Positions 62,618 to 64,000 of a DNA stretch of 64,000 bases are shown piece by piece. The DNA comes from Nitrosopumilaceae archaeon. Lineage in GTDB: Archaea; Thermoproteota; Nitrososphaeria; Nitrososphaerales; Nitrosopumilaceae. The stretch is from contig OZ242376.1 in NCBI GenBank assembly GCA_965209085.1, positions 672,001-736,000 on the forward strand, in the 5' to 3' direction. The notes beneath the pieces are model-generated. The model did not search any database. It was not told the origin of the DNA and saw nothing but the letters and a program-made list of their open reading frames with translations. The position numbers and the translations under genes are program-made. Positions within the stretch are counted from its first letter, which is position 1. Each line of letters starts with the position of its first letter.

Positions 62618-64000
62618 ATGGTACACATCCGTAAAGTGGAGATATTTGGTTTCAAATCGTTTGGTTTTCGCAATACGGTTGTGGATTTTAGACCCGGACT
62701 TGTTTCAATATCCGGACCCAACGGTTCGGGAAAAAGCAACATACTTGATGCGATCATATTTGCAAGCGGCGAGATGCGCCCAAAAGTAATGAGAGTCGAT
62801 AAAATCCGATCCCTCATACACGATGTCTCATCCTCTGGCGGGGGTTCCCGCATGGCCCGGGTGAGCGTCCATTTTGATAATTCAGACAGAAAGATACCCT
62901 TTGATTCAGACTCTGTAGAGATAACGCGCGAGCTCTCCCCTGACGGTGAGAATACCTATTACATTAACAAGAAAAAAACCCAGCGAACGCACGTGGTGGA
63001 CCTGCTAGAGATGGCAAACGCGGGACTGCACCAGCTAAACGCGGTCCAGCAGGGAACTGTCACGAGGATATCTGAATTTACCGCCGAGGAAAAACGCCAC
63101 GCCATAGAGGATTTGGTGGGCATGTCAATGTTTGATGAGAAAAAAACAGCGGCACAAAACCAGCTAGAAGCGGCTGATAACAAACTCAACGTGGCGTTTG
63201 CCACAATGGTGCAGATAAAAAAACAGATAGATGATTTGGAATTGCAAAGAAATCTGCAGATGCGGCATGTCTATATGCAAAACGAGCTTGCAAGACTGCA
63301 GGCAGAGTCTGCTGCCGGAAAAATCTACCGCCTAAATAACACAAAACAGGAAAAATCGCAGACACTCCTGTCAGTATCCGAAGAGATAAACTCTACCAAA
63401 GAAAATCTTGGAAAAATACGCGCAGTAATAAAAACAGTAGAGGATGAAAAATCTCAATTTCTTGCAAAGATGAACGAGTATAATAGGGAAAAAGCGCAGA
63501 CTGACAAACAACTAGCCGATGCTATGGGATCCTTTGAGGAGACGCGCGCAATCCTTGCGGTTTCAAAAAAACGCACAGACCAGATTGATGCGCGCACAAA
63601 CGATCTACACATACAGTCTAAAAATGCAGCAAAACTCAAAGATGAAGCAAAATCAAACCTGCATACAAAACATGAATCACTTGAAAAACTTGAATCAGAA
63701 AAAAAACGCATCGCAGGCAATGTTACATCATCTGATGAGCGCCGAATGAAAATACTGCAAAGACAGTCAGCTGAATCTGAGCGCCGTCGGCAAGTGGATG
63801 AAAAACTGCAAGAGATGACCTCTGCATTTCATGATGAGGAGCTAGCGGCAATAAAGGCTAAAAACACACTCTCAGAGTATGATGCAAAAATTAACACAAA
63901 CAAAACAAAAATGACACAATGCATGCAAAACATTGAAAAACTGCAAAATCTAAAAAACAGCGTATCTGCCATTTGGCAGGGACGAAAAGATGATGTGCAG
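62618..64000 (+). CDS. smc: Chromosome segregation protein SMC (5' part)
   Basis: MVHIRKVEIFGFKSFG...ISGPNGSGKSNILDAI, VQQG Q-loop, then coiled coil. Runs off the window. Confidence 0.95.
   Translation, partial: MVHIRKVEIFGFKSFGFRNTVVDFRPGLVSISGPNGSGKSNILDAIIFASGEMRPKVMRVDKIRSLIHDVSSSGGGSRMARVSVHFDNSDRKIPFDSDSVEITRELSPDGENTYYINKKKTQRTHVVDLLEMANAGLHQLNAVQQGTVTRISEFTAEEKRHAIEDLVGMSMFDEKKTAAQNQLEAADNKLNVAFATMVQIKKQIDDLELQRNLQMRHVYMQNELARLQAESAAGKIYRLNNTKQEKSQTLLSVSEEINSTKENLGKIRAVIKTVEDEKSQFLAKMNEYNREKAQTDKQLADAMGSFEETRAILAVSKKRTDQIDARTNDLHIQSKNAAKLKDEAKSNLHTKHESLEKLESEKKRIAGNVTSSDERRMKILQRQSAESERRRQVDEKLQEMTSAFHDEELAAIKAKNTLSEYDAKINTNKTKMTQCMQNIEKLQNLKNSVSAIWQGRKDDVQ

Overview
Archaeal DNA, most likely Nitrososphaeria/Thaumarchaeota and plausibly a host-associated symbiont. 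This is inferred from the SMC N-terminus, NurA/DHH remnants, a membrane-anchored serpin and the style of the giant surface protein. The window holds an IS-saturated defence/ICE-relic island (1-25.3 kb: DUF262 protein, fused PstI/BsuBI-type R-M, type IIG R-M, VirD4/HerA-like ATPase, stand-alone CDC48-N protein), an uninterrupted 25.8-kb gene for an 8615-aa beta-propeller/Ig-like surface protein, a serpin/protease pair, a second IS cluster and the start of smc. The main result is that the IS110 (IS1111-type) elements carry a ~200-nt right-end RNA with a readable bridge-RNA layout. One loop matches the element's own circle junction (ATGGA-TA-ACCAT) and is conserved between two families. The other loop differs between families and matches each family's insertion flanks: family A matches the TIR of a 78-bp MITE and its IS5 parent (TGCA-TA-AAGTCT), and family B matches an IS630 end (TA-TACTGC). 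A ~3-kb inversion between two family-A copies can also be reconstructed at base level. All calls come from reading by eye; no database search or folding program was run.
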